From contig OY776562.1 in the NCBI GenBank assembly GCA_963675785.1, positions 1,999,774-2,063,773 on the forward strand: a DNA stretch of 64,000 nt. The letters are read 5' to 3'. Shown here piece by piece: positions 8,180-18,178 of the stretch. The stretch comes from Anaerolineae bacterium. Lineage in GTDB: Bacteria > Chloroflexota > Anaerolineae > UBA1429. The notes under the pieces are model-generated. The model was not told the DNA's origin. It did no database searches and saw only the letters and a program-made list of their open reading frames with translations. How positions within the stretch are numbered: the stretch's first letter is position 1; each line of letters begins with the position of its first letter. Position numbers and translations under genes: made by a program.

Positions 8180-9091
8180 TTATTTCATGCGACGCAAGCG
8201 GAGAAGAACGCTTTCGAGGTCGGCAGGCAGCTCGCTTTTGAGGTCGATGCGCTCGCCTGTTATGGGATGTTCAAAAGCCAAGTGCCAGGCGTGCAAAAAC
8301 TGTCGGCCAATGCCCAATCGATCCCGCTTGAAACCATACGTCGCATCGCCAGCCACGGGGAAATTGATCGAGGCAAAATGCACACGAATCTGGTGGGTTC
8401 GGCCCGTGAGCAAATCAGCCTCCACCAAACAGTATTCGCCGAGGTATTCGCGAACGCGGTATTCAGTGCGAGCCGGACGCCCCTCTGGAGAGACCTTCAT
8501 TCGCTGGCGCTGCAACGGATCGCGCATAATGGGGGCCTCGATGGCACCGCGCTCTGGTGAAATACCGCCGCAAAGCAACGCCAAATATTGTTTGACGACC
8601 CGCCTTGCCTTGAAAGCAGCGAGAAGCCCTTCCTGGGCCTCTCGCGTACAGGCCAACACCATCAAACCGGTGGTATCACGGTCGAGGCGGTGGACGATAC
8701 CCGGCCGAGAGGGGTCTACGTCAGCAGCAATGGCCTCAGGGTGATAGGCCAGGAGCGCATCTACCACTGTAGGGCCGCGATAACCCGCCGCATCATGAAC
8801 CACCAATCCGGCCTGCTTGTTGATGACCAACAAGTGCTCATCTTCATAGCGAACATCGAGTGGTGGTGGCGGGGCGACAGATTCTTGTTCTTCTGGCGGG
8901 AAGGACACCTCAATCTCGTCATCGACGGACACTTCTGTCCGATTGGTAACTGCCTCGCCATTCAATGTCACAGCACCAGCCAAAATTAACCGCTGAACCT
9001 GAGAACGTGAATAGCCAGGGAGCACATCCGCCAAATAACGATCCAAGCGCTGAGCCTTTTCAGTGGCGGTAATGCGCAGGGTTTCGGTCAT
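8180..9091 (-). CDS. rluD: RluA-family 23S rRNA pseudouridine synthase (RluD-like)
   Basis: S4 domain N-terminus plus HRLDRDTTGLMVLA catalytic motif. Overlaps lspA by 4 bp, the classic lspA-rluD pairing. Confidence 0.85.
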   Translation of the reverse strand: MTETLRITATEKAQRLDRYLADVLPGYSRSQVQRLILAGAVTLNGEAVTNRTEVSVDDEIEVSFPPEEQESVAPPPPLDVRYEDEHLLVINKQAGLVVHDAAGYRGPTVVDALLAYHPEAIAADVDPSRPGIVHRLDRDTTGLMVLACTREAQEGLLAAFKARRVVKQYLALLCGGISPERGAIEAPIMRDPLQRQRMKVSPEGRPARTEYRVREYLGEYCLVEADLLTGRTHQIRVHFASINFPVAGDATYGFKRDRLGIGRQFLHAWHLAFEHPITGERIDLKSELPADLESVLLRLRRMK

Positions 9092-9639
9092 GCGTCCGAT
9101 GATCCCAGATCATCGTGCGGCATAGTCTCATTCTCAGCTGCAACCTGTTTCGTTTCGTGCTCTTCCGGCGGCGCCAGAAAAAGGATATACACCGCCAAGA
9201 GTATGGTGCCAATGACAATGCTGCTATCGGCCACGTTAAAGACGGGCCACCAGCGCAGATTGACAAAATCGGTCACAAAGCCGCGAGCGATGCGGTCGAT
9301 AAGGTTGCCCGTAGAACCAGCCAGCATAAGGCCCAATGAAATGACCATAATGGCGGGAATCTCTTTTTGCTGACGGAAAAAGACAACGATAAAGCCAACC
9401 ACCACAACTGCCACAATTGCCAATACGATGCTACCCCCCTGGAACAAGCCAAAAGCAGCGCCTGTATTCTGAACATAGGTCAGCGTAACAAAACGATCGA
9501 GCCAGGCGATGGGCATGTAATCAACGTACGCTGTCAGATTGGCACGCACCAGAGATTTTGTGTATTGATCCAGTGTAATAATAACCAGGGCAATGACGAC
9601 AAGCCAGATAGTGGCCTGAATTTTGCGTGACTTTGACAT
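9088..9639 (-). CDS. lspA: lipoprotein signal peptidase II
   Basis: Four TM helices, NLIDR and FNVAD motifs. Confidence 0.85.
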   Translation of the reverse strand: MSKSRKIQATIWLVVIALVIITLDQYTKSLVRANLTAYVDYMPIAWLDRFVTLTYVQNTGAAFGLFQGGSIVLAIVAVVVVGFIVVFFRQQKEIPAIMVISLGLMLAGSTGNLIDRIARGFVTDFVNLRWWPVFNVADSSIVIGTILLAVYILFLAPPEEHETKQVAAENETMPHDDLGSSDA

Positions 9640-9835
9640 ATTCCTCCCCTAAGGTAGATACAACACGATCATTCTATGCCAAGCTTACAATGCGGGCAAC
9701 CTATGCCACTCTTTGCCCCTGTGCAAAAGTGTGCTATTCTTCTGAGATAGTACAAAGGTGTAACTATGAGCGGGCGCACACGGCATATTCTGTCGAGCGC
9801 CCGTATTGTTCAGCTTCTTATGGACGGGGGAAGCG

Positions 9836-11602
9836 ATGTACAAAACACACACTTGCGGCCAGTTGCGCCTTTCGGACGCTGGCAGCACCGTAACACTGGC
9901 TGGTTGGGTACACAGGCGCCGGGACCATGGCAATCTCATTTTCATAGACCTTCGCGATCGTTGGGGTCTGACACAGATCGTTTTCAACCCTGATACCAAT
10001 CCTGATGCGCACAGTGTGGCTCAGTCTGTGCGCAACGAGTACGTCATCCAGGTGACCGGTATTGTCAACGCCCGTCCAGAGGGCCTATCCAATAATAATC
10101 TCGATACCGGCGACATCGAAGTTATCGTACAGACCATCCATATCTTGAACGAATCCAAGACGCCTGTCTTTTATATCAACGAAGAAAGCGACGTTGACGA
10201 ATCGCTACGCCTCAAGTATCGCTATCTCGATCTGCGCCGCCCCCGGATGCAGCATAACCTTGTGCTGCGACATCAGGTATGCGCGGGCATTCGCAACTAT
10301 TTGAACGACAATGATTTCGTCGAAATCGAGACACCTATCCTCATCAAGAGCACCCCTGAAGGCGCTCGTGACTATGTGGTGCCCAGCAGATTGCATGAAG
10401 GCAAATTCTACGCCTTGCCACAATCGCCACAGCAACTCAAGCAATTGCTCATGGTAGCTGGTTTCGAGCGTTATTATCAGATCGCCCGCTGCTTCCGCGA
10501 TGAAGATCAGCGCGCTGATCGTCAGCCTGAGTTCACCCAGCTCGACTTGGAGATGTCCTTCATCGAGCAAGAGGACATTTTGCAGCTCATGGAACCCATG
10601 TTTGTCAAGCTGGTCGAGTTGATCCCGGAAAAGCATATCAGGCAAGTGCCTTTCCCGCGATTCACCTATGACGAAGCAATGGATCGTTATGGTTCGGACA
10701 AGCCGGATATTCGTTTTGAGATGTTCCTCATCGACCTCTCGGAGCTCGTTGCCGACTGTGGATTCCGCGTCTTTAGTGAAGCCGTCGCCACAGGCGGGCA
10801 GGTCAAAGCTATTTGTGTGCCCGGTTGCGCTGATTATACCCGGCGCCAATTGGACGAGTTGACCGAAATCACCAAGACCTACGGTGCCAAGGGTATGGCC
10901 TGGGCCGCAGTAAATGATGAGGGTGTACGTTCTTCGATCACCAAGTTTTTCTCTGAAGAAGAGATGGCCACTATTCTAGAGCGCGTCGGCGCTTTAACAG
11001 GTGACCTAGTGCTCTTTGTAGCCGATACCAAGATGGTGGTAGCCGCAGCCCTGGGCGGCTTGCGCAGTGAGATGGGCAAGCGGCTCCATTTAACAGAAAA
11101 AGATGAATTAGCCTTTGCCTGGGTGACCGACTTTCCACTGCTGGAATGGAACGAGGAAGAGGGGCGCTATACGGCCATGCACCATCCCTTTACTTCACCA
11201 GCCGATACGGATGTCGAGTTATTGACCACCGATCCTGGCAAGACCAAAGCCAAAGCTTATGACATTGTGGCGAACGGCTATGAAGTGGGCGGCGGGAGCA
11301 TCCGTATCTACCGTCGCGAGGTACAACGCGCCATGTTTCGGGCTATCGGCATTGATGATGTTCAGGCTCAAGAGCAGTTTGGGCACATGCTGGAAGCCTT
11401 TGAGTACGGCGCACCGCCCCACGGCGGCATTGCTCTCGGCCTGGATCGTTTGGTTATGCTCCTCGCCGGTGAGCCCAATATCCGCGAGGTTTTGGCCTTT
11501 CCCAAAACACAAAGTGCTGTTGACTTGATGACTCAGGCGCCATCGAGCATCTCGGAACGCCAGCTAAAGGATCTGCACATCAAGCTCGACCTCGACGACT
11601 AA
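9836..11602 (+). CDS. aspS: aspartate--tRNA ligase
   Basis: OB-fold anticodon-binding N-terminus, class II motifs ([34 protein letters not shown]). Start at MYKTHTCG with GGGGGAAG upstream. Confidence 0.9.
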   Translation: MYKTHTCGQLRLSDAGSTVTLAGWVHRRRDHGNLIFIDLRDRWGLTQIVFNPDTNPDAHSVAQSVRNEYVIQVTGIVNARPEGLSNNNLDTGDIEVIVQTIHILNESKTPVFYINEESDVDESLRLKYRYLDLRRPRMQHNLVLRHQVCAGIRNYLNDNDFVEIETPILIKSTPEGARDYVVPSRLHEGKFYALPQSPQQLKQLLMVAGFERYYQIARCFRDEDQRADRQPEFTQLDLEMSFIEQEDILQLMEPMFVKLVELIPEKHIRQVPFPRFTYDEAMDRYGSDKPDIRFEMFLIDLSELVADCGFRVFSEAVATGGQVKAICVPGCADYTRRQLDELTEITKTYGAKGMAWAAVNDEGVRSSITKFFSEEEMATILERVGALTGDLVLFVADTKMVVAAALGGLRSEMGKRLHLTEKDELAFAWVTDFPLLEWNEEEGRYTAMHHPFTSPADTDVELLTTDPGKTKAKAYDIVANGYEVGGGSIRIYRREVQRAMFRAIGIDDVQAQEQFGHMLEAFEYGAPPHGGIALGLDRLVMLLAGEPNIREVLAFPKTQSAVDLMTQAPSSISERQLKDLHIKLDLDD

Positions 11603-11613
11603 GTAAAACGACA

Positions 11614-11645
11614 GAGGGGCATCCTTACGGATGCCCCTTTTTGTT
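11614..11645 (+). terminator. rho-independent terminator of aspS
   Basis: AGGGGCATCC-ttac-GGATGCCCCT followed by TTTTTGTTG. Confidence 0.6.
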
Positions 11646-11883
11646 GCTCACACATAGGCTGCAAAATGGAACGAATGTTTTGTGTCCATGGCGGCTTGTG
11701 GTATCCTTACGGCGTAATCCCTACCATGTACGTGATCTTCTGTTGTTTTGAGCTGCTTTTTTGGTCTAGGGAGCCGGGGATTGCGGCCGCTTTTCGGGCT
11801 ATCGCCCTGAGCGACCCACAGGCACCCACCTGCATTCGCAGGTTCAAGACCCTGGAGACACGGCAAGGTGGGGATTACGTATG

Positions 11884-12717
11884 CTAGGGTGTTGTGTTGC
11901 CTAGAATTTCCTCTCGGATTTCCCTCAGAGCTTCTTGACTTGCCTCTGTTCCAGTCGTACATCTTTGCAGACAAGTAACAAAGGCCCCCATCATTGCCGT
12001 TAACACGCTATCAGCCGTTGCAGGATCTGGATCGACAAGTGTACATGCCAAAGCAAGCTCGGCATAACGCGCACAGGGAGCCAATGGTGAAAGCGCCAGA
12101 CAAAGCGTACGCGCACCTCTCGCATTAGCTGCTTTTATCACCTTTGCGACCATGCTACAATCCGTTGTAGATGAAAGACAAAGAACGAGCAGCCCTTCGT
12201 TGGCCCGTGCGATTCTGGCATAGAGCGTCGGAGAATCGATGGGCGGCGAGAATACAGGCTTGCCCAACATGCTAAGATGATTAGCAAGCAGTCTGGCATG
12301 GCCAAAAGAGGCCCCCTGAGAAACGACCAAAACCTGCTCGGCCGATTGCACCATATTGCAGGCTTTTTCGATTGCCTCTGCGGGAATCTGGCTGGCAACA
12401 CGGCGCAACAGCACCGATTGCTGCAGCAAAGCCTCACTGAACAGACTCGCTTTGGTCTGACAGCCTGTGGTTGATGCTGAGGCATCAAGATCTTGCAGGA
12501 CAATGGTACGCACATCTTCGACCAGGTCTGGGTAGCCAGGATAGCCTAGTCTCTGTGCAAAACGAATAACTGTCGCTTCATTCACATCGACATTTTGCGC
12601 AAGTTCTGAAGCTGTCATGAATGCCACATCGTGATATGATGAGACAATATAGTCAGCCAGCCGCATCTGACTCTTGGTGAGTTCTGGATACAGCTGCCTG
12701 ATGCGTTCAAGAATCAT
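11884..12717 (-). CDS. MurR/RpiR-family transcriptional regulator (HTH_6 + SIS domain)
   Basis: N-terminal RpiR HTH (LTKSQMRLADYIV...ELAQNVDVNEATVIRFAQRLGY) and C-terminal SIS domain. Start set at MILERIRQ with AGGGGGG upstream. Confidence 0.75.
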   Translation of the reverse strand: MILERIRQLYPELTKSQMRLADYIVSSYHDVAFMTASELAQNVDVNEATVIRFAQRLGYPGYPDLVEDVRTIVLQDLDASASTTGCQTKASLFSEALLQQSVLLRRVASQIPAEAIEKACNMVQSAEQVLVVSQGASFGHARLLANHLSMLGKPVFSPPIDSPTLYARIARANEGLLVLCLSSTTDCSMVAKVIKAANARGARTLCLALSPLAPCARYAELALACTLVDPDPATADSVLTAMMGAFVTCLQRCTTGTEASQEALREIREEILGNTTP

Positions 12718-12772
12718 CGAGTTCCCCCCTATTTCTAAGCATCGATGATGAACCATCCATTCGGCATAATGC

Positions 12773-13666
12773 TTGACATTGATAATGTGGTATGTTATTC
12801 TCTCGTCTCTCAAAGGTTCCGAGAGTGAGGTGAAGGTGCGCGTCGACCGAGTTGAAGAGAATGTCTATGTTTTTGTGAGTGAGCTATATGCCCAAGTCAC
12901 GGCTACCGGCGTATTGACCTCTGAAGGCGCATTTCTGATTGACACCATGCCCTTTCCTTCAGAAACCCGGCAGATCATGGATTTTTTTCAAGAGCGACTA
13001 GGGCCTGACAGCATTCGCTATGTGGTAAATACCCATCACCACGCAGACCATGTCTACGGCAACTGCTTTATCGAGAGCGCAGAAATCGTTGCCCACCAGC
13101 GCTGCCGCGAGATCATGGCGCGTGTGGGCCAGACAAGTCTGAAACGCGCAAAACAAAGTACCCCGGCCCTGGCGGATGTAGAACTCCGCCTTGCCGATAT
13201 CACCTTTCAGCGAGACCTAAGCCTTACTCTAGGTGAAAGCACTGTGGATCTCATGCATATGCCAGGGCATACGCCAGACACGATAGCTGCCTATGTTCGC
13301 GAGATCAAGGCGTTGGTGGCCAGTGACACCATCATGCCTATCCCCGTCATCACCTCAGGCTCGCTACCTCAACTTTGCCAAACACTCAAGGCTATATCGC
13401 TGTTCGAGCCCGACTTTGTCATCCAGGGGCACGGTGGTATTCTACTCAAGGGTGAAGTTGAAGAAACGGTCGATTCCAGCATAGCGTATCTTGACACCAT
13501 TGATGAGCGCGTGCGCGATATCGTCAACAACTCGATCTCGCCGAACCACTTGCGTGATATTGACATTGAAGATTGCGGCATTTCCCGCATCCCCCTCGAC
13601 GGCCTGGTCAACAAGCTGCATCTGCAAAACCTGGTATCACTCTACGAACGCTACACCAGCACCTAA
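12773..13666 (+). CDS. MBL-fold metallo-hydrolase
   Basis: HHHADH zinc-ligand motif plus downstream H/D ligands. True start probably about 12830-12836 (GTG with GAGG upstream). Transcribed divergently from the RpiR gene. Confidence 0.7.
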   Translation: MTLIMWYVILSSLKGSESEVKVRVDRVEENVYVFVSELYAQVTATGVLTSEGAFLIDTMPFPSETRQIMDFFQERLGPDSIRYVVNTHHHADHVYGNCFIESAEIVAHQRCREIMARVGQTSLKRAKQSTPALADVELRLADITFQRDLSLTLGESTVDLMHMPGHTPDTIAAYVREIKALVASDTIMPIPVITSGSLPQLCQTLKAISLFEPDFVIQGHGGILLKGEVEETVDSSIAYLDTIDERVRDIVNNSISPNHLRDIDIEDCGISRIPLDGLVNKLHLQNLVSLYERYTST

Positions 13667-13681
13667 GTGCGCTTGGTCCCT

Positions 13682-13996
13682 CTATACGCCAAACAGACCT
13701 CGTTGCTCGAGTGCATTCTGCAAGCGCTGCTGTGTGGATATGGGCGCGTTCTCAAGATCTATGCCAGCCTGCCGCAGAATGTCTAACGGATCGACGCCTT
13801 CAAACAACTCGGAATGAGAAAGCGTCTTTAAGGCCGCATCAAGTTCAGCACGCATCACAAAGAGCGCAAAAGTCATCGCCAAGGCATGTTCATAGGGATC
13901 AAAACTCCCCTGCGTAGTCTCCGCATACGCCACGAGCCCATCTGCGAGCTGCAAGAGATCGTCGCAAAAGTTGATCCGGCCATTTTCCTCGAGCAT
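13682..13996 (-). CDS. hypothetical protein (about 104 aa)
   Basis: Intact ORF in a gap between annotated genes. AAGGGG precedes ATG (MLEENGRINF...). No recognisable motif. Confidence 0.35.
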   Translation of the reverse strand: MLEENGRINFCDDLLQLADGLVAYAETTQGSFDPYEHALAMTFALFVMRAELDAALKTLSHSELFEGVDPLDILRQAGIDLENAPISTQQRLQNALEQRGLFGV

Positions 13997-14080
13997 CGCA
14001 CCATCCCCTTGAGATTTACTGATCCGCTTTATCGCGATCAAGAATCATGCAATCAATTGCCGGATGTCTACATACAACGC

Positions 14081-14851
14081 TCAGGGCAGAGTTAGAATCT
14101 CTGGCTCGCCGTCGGTTATCGCAAGTGTATGCTCAAAATGGGCGCACAACCCGCCATCACTCGTCGCAACAGTCCAATAATCCGGCTTGACGTACAGATC
14201 TGGCGGGCCAATGGTAACCATCGGTTCCAGGGCAAAGGTCATGCCGCGGCGCAAACGCCGGCCGTGACACGGTGTACCCCAGTTGGGTATCTGCGGGTCT
14301 TCGTGCATCTCTCGCCCTACACCATGCCCGGTATATTCGCGCACCACCTCAAAGCCCTCACCCTCGATATAGGCCTGAATGGCAAACGATATATCCCCAA
14401 AGCGATTCCCTACCCGAGACGCCTCTATACCGACCAACAAAGCGTGATAGGTTACCTCAAGCAAACGCTGTGCTTCTCGGCTGATTTTACCCACGGCAAC
14501 GGTTAGGGCCGAATCGCCCACAAAGCCTTTCCAAACTGTGCCGCAATCAATACTAAAAATCTCGCCCGCACGCAGTTTGCGTTCTCCAGGTATGCCATGC
14601 ACCAGTTCGTCATCCACACTGGCGTTAATCGTGCCGGGATAAGGGTGCCCGGGGAAACTGCCATTCGGGTAATCGAGAAAAGCGGGCTCGGCATCGTGAG
14701 AACGAATATAGTCCTCAGCAATTGCATCCAACTCGGCTGTCGTCACACCAGGGCGAACCGCCTTGACAACCGCATCAAGCGCTCCCGCATTAATGCGACC
14801 CGCTTCACGCATCATGGATACTTCGTTCGCACTCTTGATAATAATGGCCAT
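14081..14851 (-). CDS. map: methionine aminopeptidase type I
   Basis: MAIIIKSANEVSMMREAGRI..., metal-ligand pattern D...D...H...E...E typical of MetAP1. Start at internal ATG with GGGAG upstream. The long upstream extension in the ORF track is rejected. Confidence 0.85.
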   Translation of the reverse strand: MAIIIKSANEVSMMREAGRINAGALDAVVKAVRPGVTTAELDAIAEDYIRSHDAEPAFLDYPNGSFPGHPYPGTINASVDDELVHGIPGERKLRAGEIFSIDCGTVWKGFVGDSALTVAVGKISREAQRLLEVTYHALLVGIEASRVGNRFGDISFAIQAYIEGEGFEVVREYTGHGVGREMHEDPQIPNWGTPCHGRRLRRGMTFALEPMVTIGPPDLYVKPDYWTVATSDGGLCAHFEHTLAITDGEPEILTLP

Positions 14852-15007
14852 CAAGCATCTCCCTAACAATAGTTGGGGAAAGTATACGCACCAAGCCGCT
14901 ACTTCACAAGCCAGAGGGTTTTTACAGTATTCTAGCCTTGCATCATTTTGGCAGTCGCCTACAATGCAACCCATCTTTATCGAAATCGTGAAAGGATTGG
15001 CAGCAGA

Positions 15008-16267
15008 ATGGCACAGACTACTGAAACCCAACACACGGCCTGCGGCGGAGCTATCATCAAGCCGTGGAAAGTTGTCGACATTGACAGAGAGTACGGTGGA
15101 TGCTGGCTGGTAGCGGGAGATTTGACCGGAGACGGCGTCCCCGAACTGGTATCGGCGCAAAACTATAACGAAAACGACGTTCACTATACGAGCGCTGTGG
15201 CAGCACAGCGGCTGGATGGCAGTGTGCTGTGGCGCTGGGGGGACCCCACGGTTGGCCGCCGCAAGTTACATCACGATGTGGCCTGCCAGATTCACGATTG
15301 GGACGGCAACGGTTGTAACGACGTCATTGTAGCTGCTGATGAGTACCTGATCGAGCTGGACGGCGCCACAGGCCAGGAAAAGCGCCGCATTCCCATTCCG
15401 GCACAGGCCAGCGATTGCGTTGTCTTTGCCGATTTCTCCGGCGTTGGCCGCAAGACGGATGTACTGGTCAAGACGCGTTACGGGCAGATCTGGGCCTATA
15501 ACCAGGCAGGCAACCTTCTCTGGACCGTCGAAATGCCCGGCGGCTATAAGACGGCTCATCAGCCAGAACCCATTGACATCAACGGCGATGGCCGGGATGA
15601 GCTGATGGCGGGTTATGCCATGCTCAATCCGAACGGTTCGGTACGCTGGGTATTCGAATCGCAGGTTACCGATCTCTCCCGAGGCCATCTCGATACTATG
15701 CGCGTGCTGCGCGCCGGCGAGAACCCTGAGGACTATCGTTTGGTGATTACCTGCTGCGGTGCCGAGAATATTGCCATGCTGGATGGCTGCGGGAAAGCCG
15801 TTTGGGAGTTGCCCGGCAAGCATTTTGAATCGCTGGATATCGGCCATTTCATTCCCGGTATGCCTGGCCTGCAAATCGCCGTCGATATCGATCATGTTCC
15901 CTGGGGCGAAAGCTATATCTGGCTCCTCGATGAGGGTGGCAAGCAGGTTGGCGAGTTCAAGACCGTCTACAGCCGTACCCATCGCGCGATCAAGTGGGAT
16001 AAGAGCGGCCTGGATAGATTGGCAGTCGGGCAACCTCACGCATTCTACGATGCTCAGGGTAACGTCACCGCCACCTTTGAGATGGATGGCCAGGATTATT
16101 CTGTACAGGGAAGTCAGGGCATCAAGGCCATCGTTGGCGACATGACGGGCAACGGTCGGCCAGACTTGATTATAGCCACCGATGATACAGCTTTTATTTA
16201 CCAGAATACCGAAGGACCGGTGGTCGGCGGCCCGGTTGGCACGGGGCTGAATTTTACCTGGTACTAG
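15008..16267 (+). CDS. FG-GAP/VCBS-type beta-propeller repeat protein
   Basis: Five or more repeats of D-x-[DNT]-G-[DN]-G-x-x-[DE]-[LV]: DLTGDGVPELV, DWDGNGCNDVIV, DFSGVGRKTDVLV, DINGDGRDELMAG, DMTGNGRPDLIIA. No signal peptide detected. Confidence 0.55.
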   Translation: MAQTTETQHTACGGAIIKPWKVVDIDREYGGCWLVAGDLTGDGVPELVSAQNYNENDVHYTSAVAAQRLDGSVLWRWGDPTVGRRKLHHDVACQIHDWDGNGCNDVIVAADEYLIELDGATGQEKRRIPIPAQASDCVVFADFSGVGRKTDVLVKTRYGQIWAYNQAGNLLWTVEMPGGYKTAHQPEPIDINGDGRDELMAGYAMLNPNGSVRWVFESQVTDLSRGHLDTMRVLRAGENPEDYRLVITCCGAENIAMLDGCGKAVWELPGKHFESLDIGHFIPGMPGLQIAVDIDHVPWGESYIWLLDEGGKQVGEFKTVYSRTHRAIKWDKSGLDRLAVGQPHAFYDAQGNVTATFEMDGQDYSVQGSQGIKAIVGDMTGNGRPDLIIATDDTAFIYQNTEGPVVGGPVGTGLNFTWY

Positions 16268-16392
16268 TACCCGTTGACCCTCTTGGGGCAACCCTCTATA
16301 ATGACAGCGTTGAAAACACTGGGGCCTGTTCTGGCAGGCCCCGCTTTCTGCCAATAATCAGCGGCGATAAGCAGCCTGTGCTATTGAGGTGA

Positions 16393-17037
16393 TTGCCTGT
16401 GCAAGCGTTCGAACGCCCCATCCTGGTGATCGGTGTGGCCGGCGGAACCGGTGCCGGAAAGACGACGATCTCCCACACTATCCTCGATCGTGTGGGGGCT
16501 GACCGCATCGCCTATATCCAACACGATTCTTATTACCGCGACCTCGGCCATTTGACGATGGACGAGCGTAAAACACGCAATTTTGACCATCCCGACTCTT
16601 TAGAGAACGAGTTACTCATCGAGCACTTGCTCGCCCTGCGTGCAGGCAAATGCGTCGACGTGCCTACCTATGATTTTCTCACCTACACGCGACGGTCAGA
16701 AACCGAATGCCTCTGCCCACAACCTATCATCCTTGTCGAGGGCATTCTCGTATTTGCGGACCGCGCGCTGCGCGAGTTGATGGACATCAAGATCTATGTC
16801 GATGCCGACGCTGATGTACGCCTCATCCGCCGCCTGGAACGTGATATCGTCGAACGAGGGCGATCGTTCAACTCGGTCATTAGCCAGTATTTGAACACGG
16901 TGCGCCCCATGCATCTTGAGTTCGTTGAACCCAGCAAGCGCTATGCCGACATCATCGTGCCCGAAGGAGGTCGGAACACCGTGGCGCTGGATATGATTTG
17001 CGCGCGCATCATCACCCTCTTGGATGGAGGAGCCTAA
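16393..17037 (+). CDS. udk: uridine kinase
   Basis: P-loop GVAGGTGAGKTT and the uridine/cytidine kinase signature. TTG/GTG start. Confidence 0.8.
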   Translation: MPVQAFERPILVIGVAGGTGAGKTTISHTILDRVGADRIAYIQHDSYYRDLGHLTMDERKTRNFDHPDSLENELLIEHLLALRAGKCVDVPTYDFLTYTRRSETECLCPQPIILVEGILVFADRALRELMDIKIYVDADADVRLIRRLERDIVERGRSFNSVISQYLNTVRPMHLEFVEPSKRYADIIVPEGGRNTVALDMICARIITLLDGGA

Positions 17038-17038
17038 A

Positions 17039-18178
17039 GTGCAGCGGGTGCTCTTTGTTGACCACGCAACTGTGCTTGGCGGCGCCGAGCACAGCCTGCT
17101 GCTGCTCCTCAAATACCTAAACCGCGATCTGATTGAACCCCTTTTGGCGTGCCCGCCCGGCAAACTGGCCGAAAAAGCCCGAGAAGAGCACATCGCCGTC
17201 GAATGTATGGAGCTGCCTCGCCTAAGGCGATCGGCATTGTCCCCGTGGCACCTGTTGCATGGAGCACGGCAATTGGCTCGTTTGGCCCAAAATCAGCATT
17301 GCGACTTGGTGTGCAGTAATACCATGCGTGCCTCTATCTATGCGGCCGCTGCCGCACAGTTTGCCCACAAGCCCTTGCTCTGGTATGTGCGCGATGTCTT
17401 TTCTCCCGGGCACTATGTGAGTGCAATGACACACCGTGCCGCAAGTATTATCGCCGTTTCGCAGGCTGCGGCAGCCCCTCTGCGAGCAGCGGGGGCTGAG
17501 GTTCATGTTATTTACAATGGTATTGAGTTGGACGCCTTTGGAAGATCATCGGACGTCAGTGTACGCTCAAAATGGGGAATCCCTGCCTACGCCCGTGTGG
17601 CGGGCATTGTAGGTCGGGTACGCAATATCAAGGGGCAGCATCACTTTATCGAGGCCATCGCCCGCGCCCATCCGCAGAATGGCCATATCTGGGGGGTCAT
17701 CATCGGCGGCACCCTGTTTGAAGGTGAAGAAGACTATGTCCCGTCGCTGCACAAGTTAGCCGAACAGCGCGGCGTTCAAGATAGAATCGTTTTTGCTGGC
17801 CACACTGATGACGTTCCCCACGCACTGCTGGGATTGGACATGCTCGTCTCCTGCTCCATCGAACCCGAATCCTTTGGCCGCACTGTGATTGAAGGGATGG
17901 CTGGAGGGTTGCCAGTTATCGCTTACAGCCACGGCGGCCCTTCAGAACTGATTACGGATGGGTGGGATGGCTGGTTGGTAGAGCCACGCAACATCGGTGC
18001 CTTGGCTGAGCGAATCGCCCTGCTGGCCAATGATGCCGAACGCTGCCAAGCTATGGGTGCAAGCGCCCTTGAAACGGCAAAAAAGTATGATATCGGGCCG
18101 CTTACCCGGCAAGTGGAAAGAGTCATCCTGTCCACAATTAATGAGGCGAACCACGAGGAAGTAACGCCATGCGCATAG
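17039..18178 (+). CDS. glycosyltransferase family 4 (GT-B, Glycos_transf_1)
   Basis: C-terminal E-x7-E region (EGFG/ESFGRTVIEGMAGGLPVI). GTG start with GGAGGAG upstream, adjacent to the udk stop. Confidence 0.8.
   Translation: MQRVLFVDHATVLGGAEHSLLLLLKYLNRDLIEPLLACPPGKLAEKAREEHIAVECMELPRLRRSALSPWHLLHGARQLARLAQNQHCDLVCSNTMRASIYAAAAAQFAHKPLLWYVRDVFSPGHYVSAMTHRAASIIAVSQAAAAPLRAAGAEVHVIYNGIELDAFGRSSDVSVRSKWGIPAYARVAGIVGRVRNIKGQHHFIEAIARAHPQNGHIWGVIIGGTLFEGEEDYVPSLHKLAEQRGVQDRIVFAGHTDDVPHALLGLDMLVSCSIEPESFGRTVIEGMAGGLPVIAYSHGGPSELITDGWDGWLVEPRNIGALAERIALLANDAERCQAMGASALETAKKYDIGPLTRQVERVILSTINEANHEEVTPCA

Noticed and set aside
8069-8744. Plus-strand ORFs of 163 and 189 aa
   Set aside because: Antisense to rluD.
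10205-10849. 214-aa minus-strand ORF
   Set aside because: Antisense to aspS.
14852-15184. 111-aa upstream extension of the map ORF
   Set aside because: MetAP1 homologues begin at the MAIIIKSANEV-type sequence. The internal ATG has a GGGAG RBS. The extension has no homology and overlaps the divergent promoter region.
15266-16354. 362-aa ORF on the minus strand
   Set aside because: Fully antisense to the FG-GAP propeller gene, which has recognisable repeats. It has no motif or RBS. GC-rich genomes produce long stop-free antisense frames.
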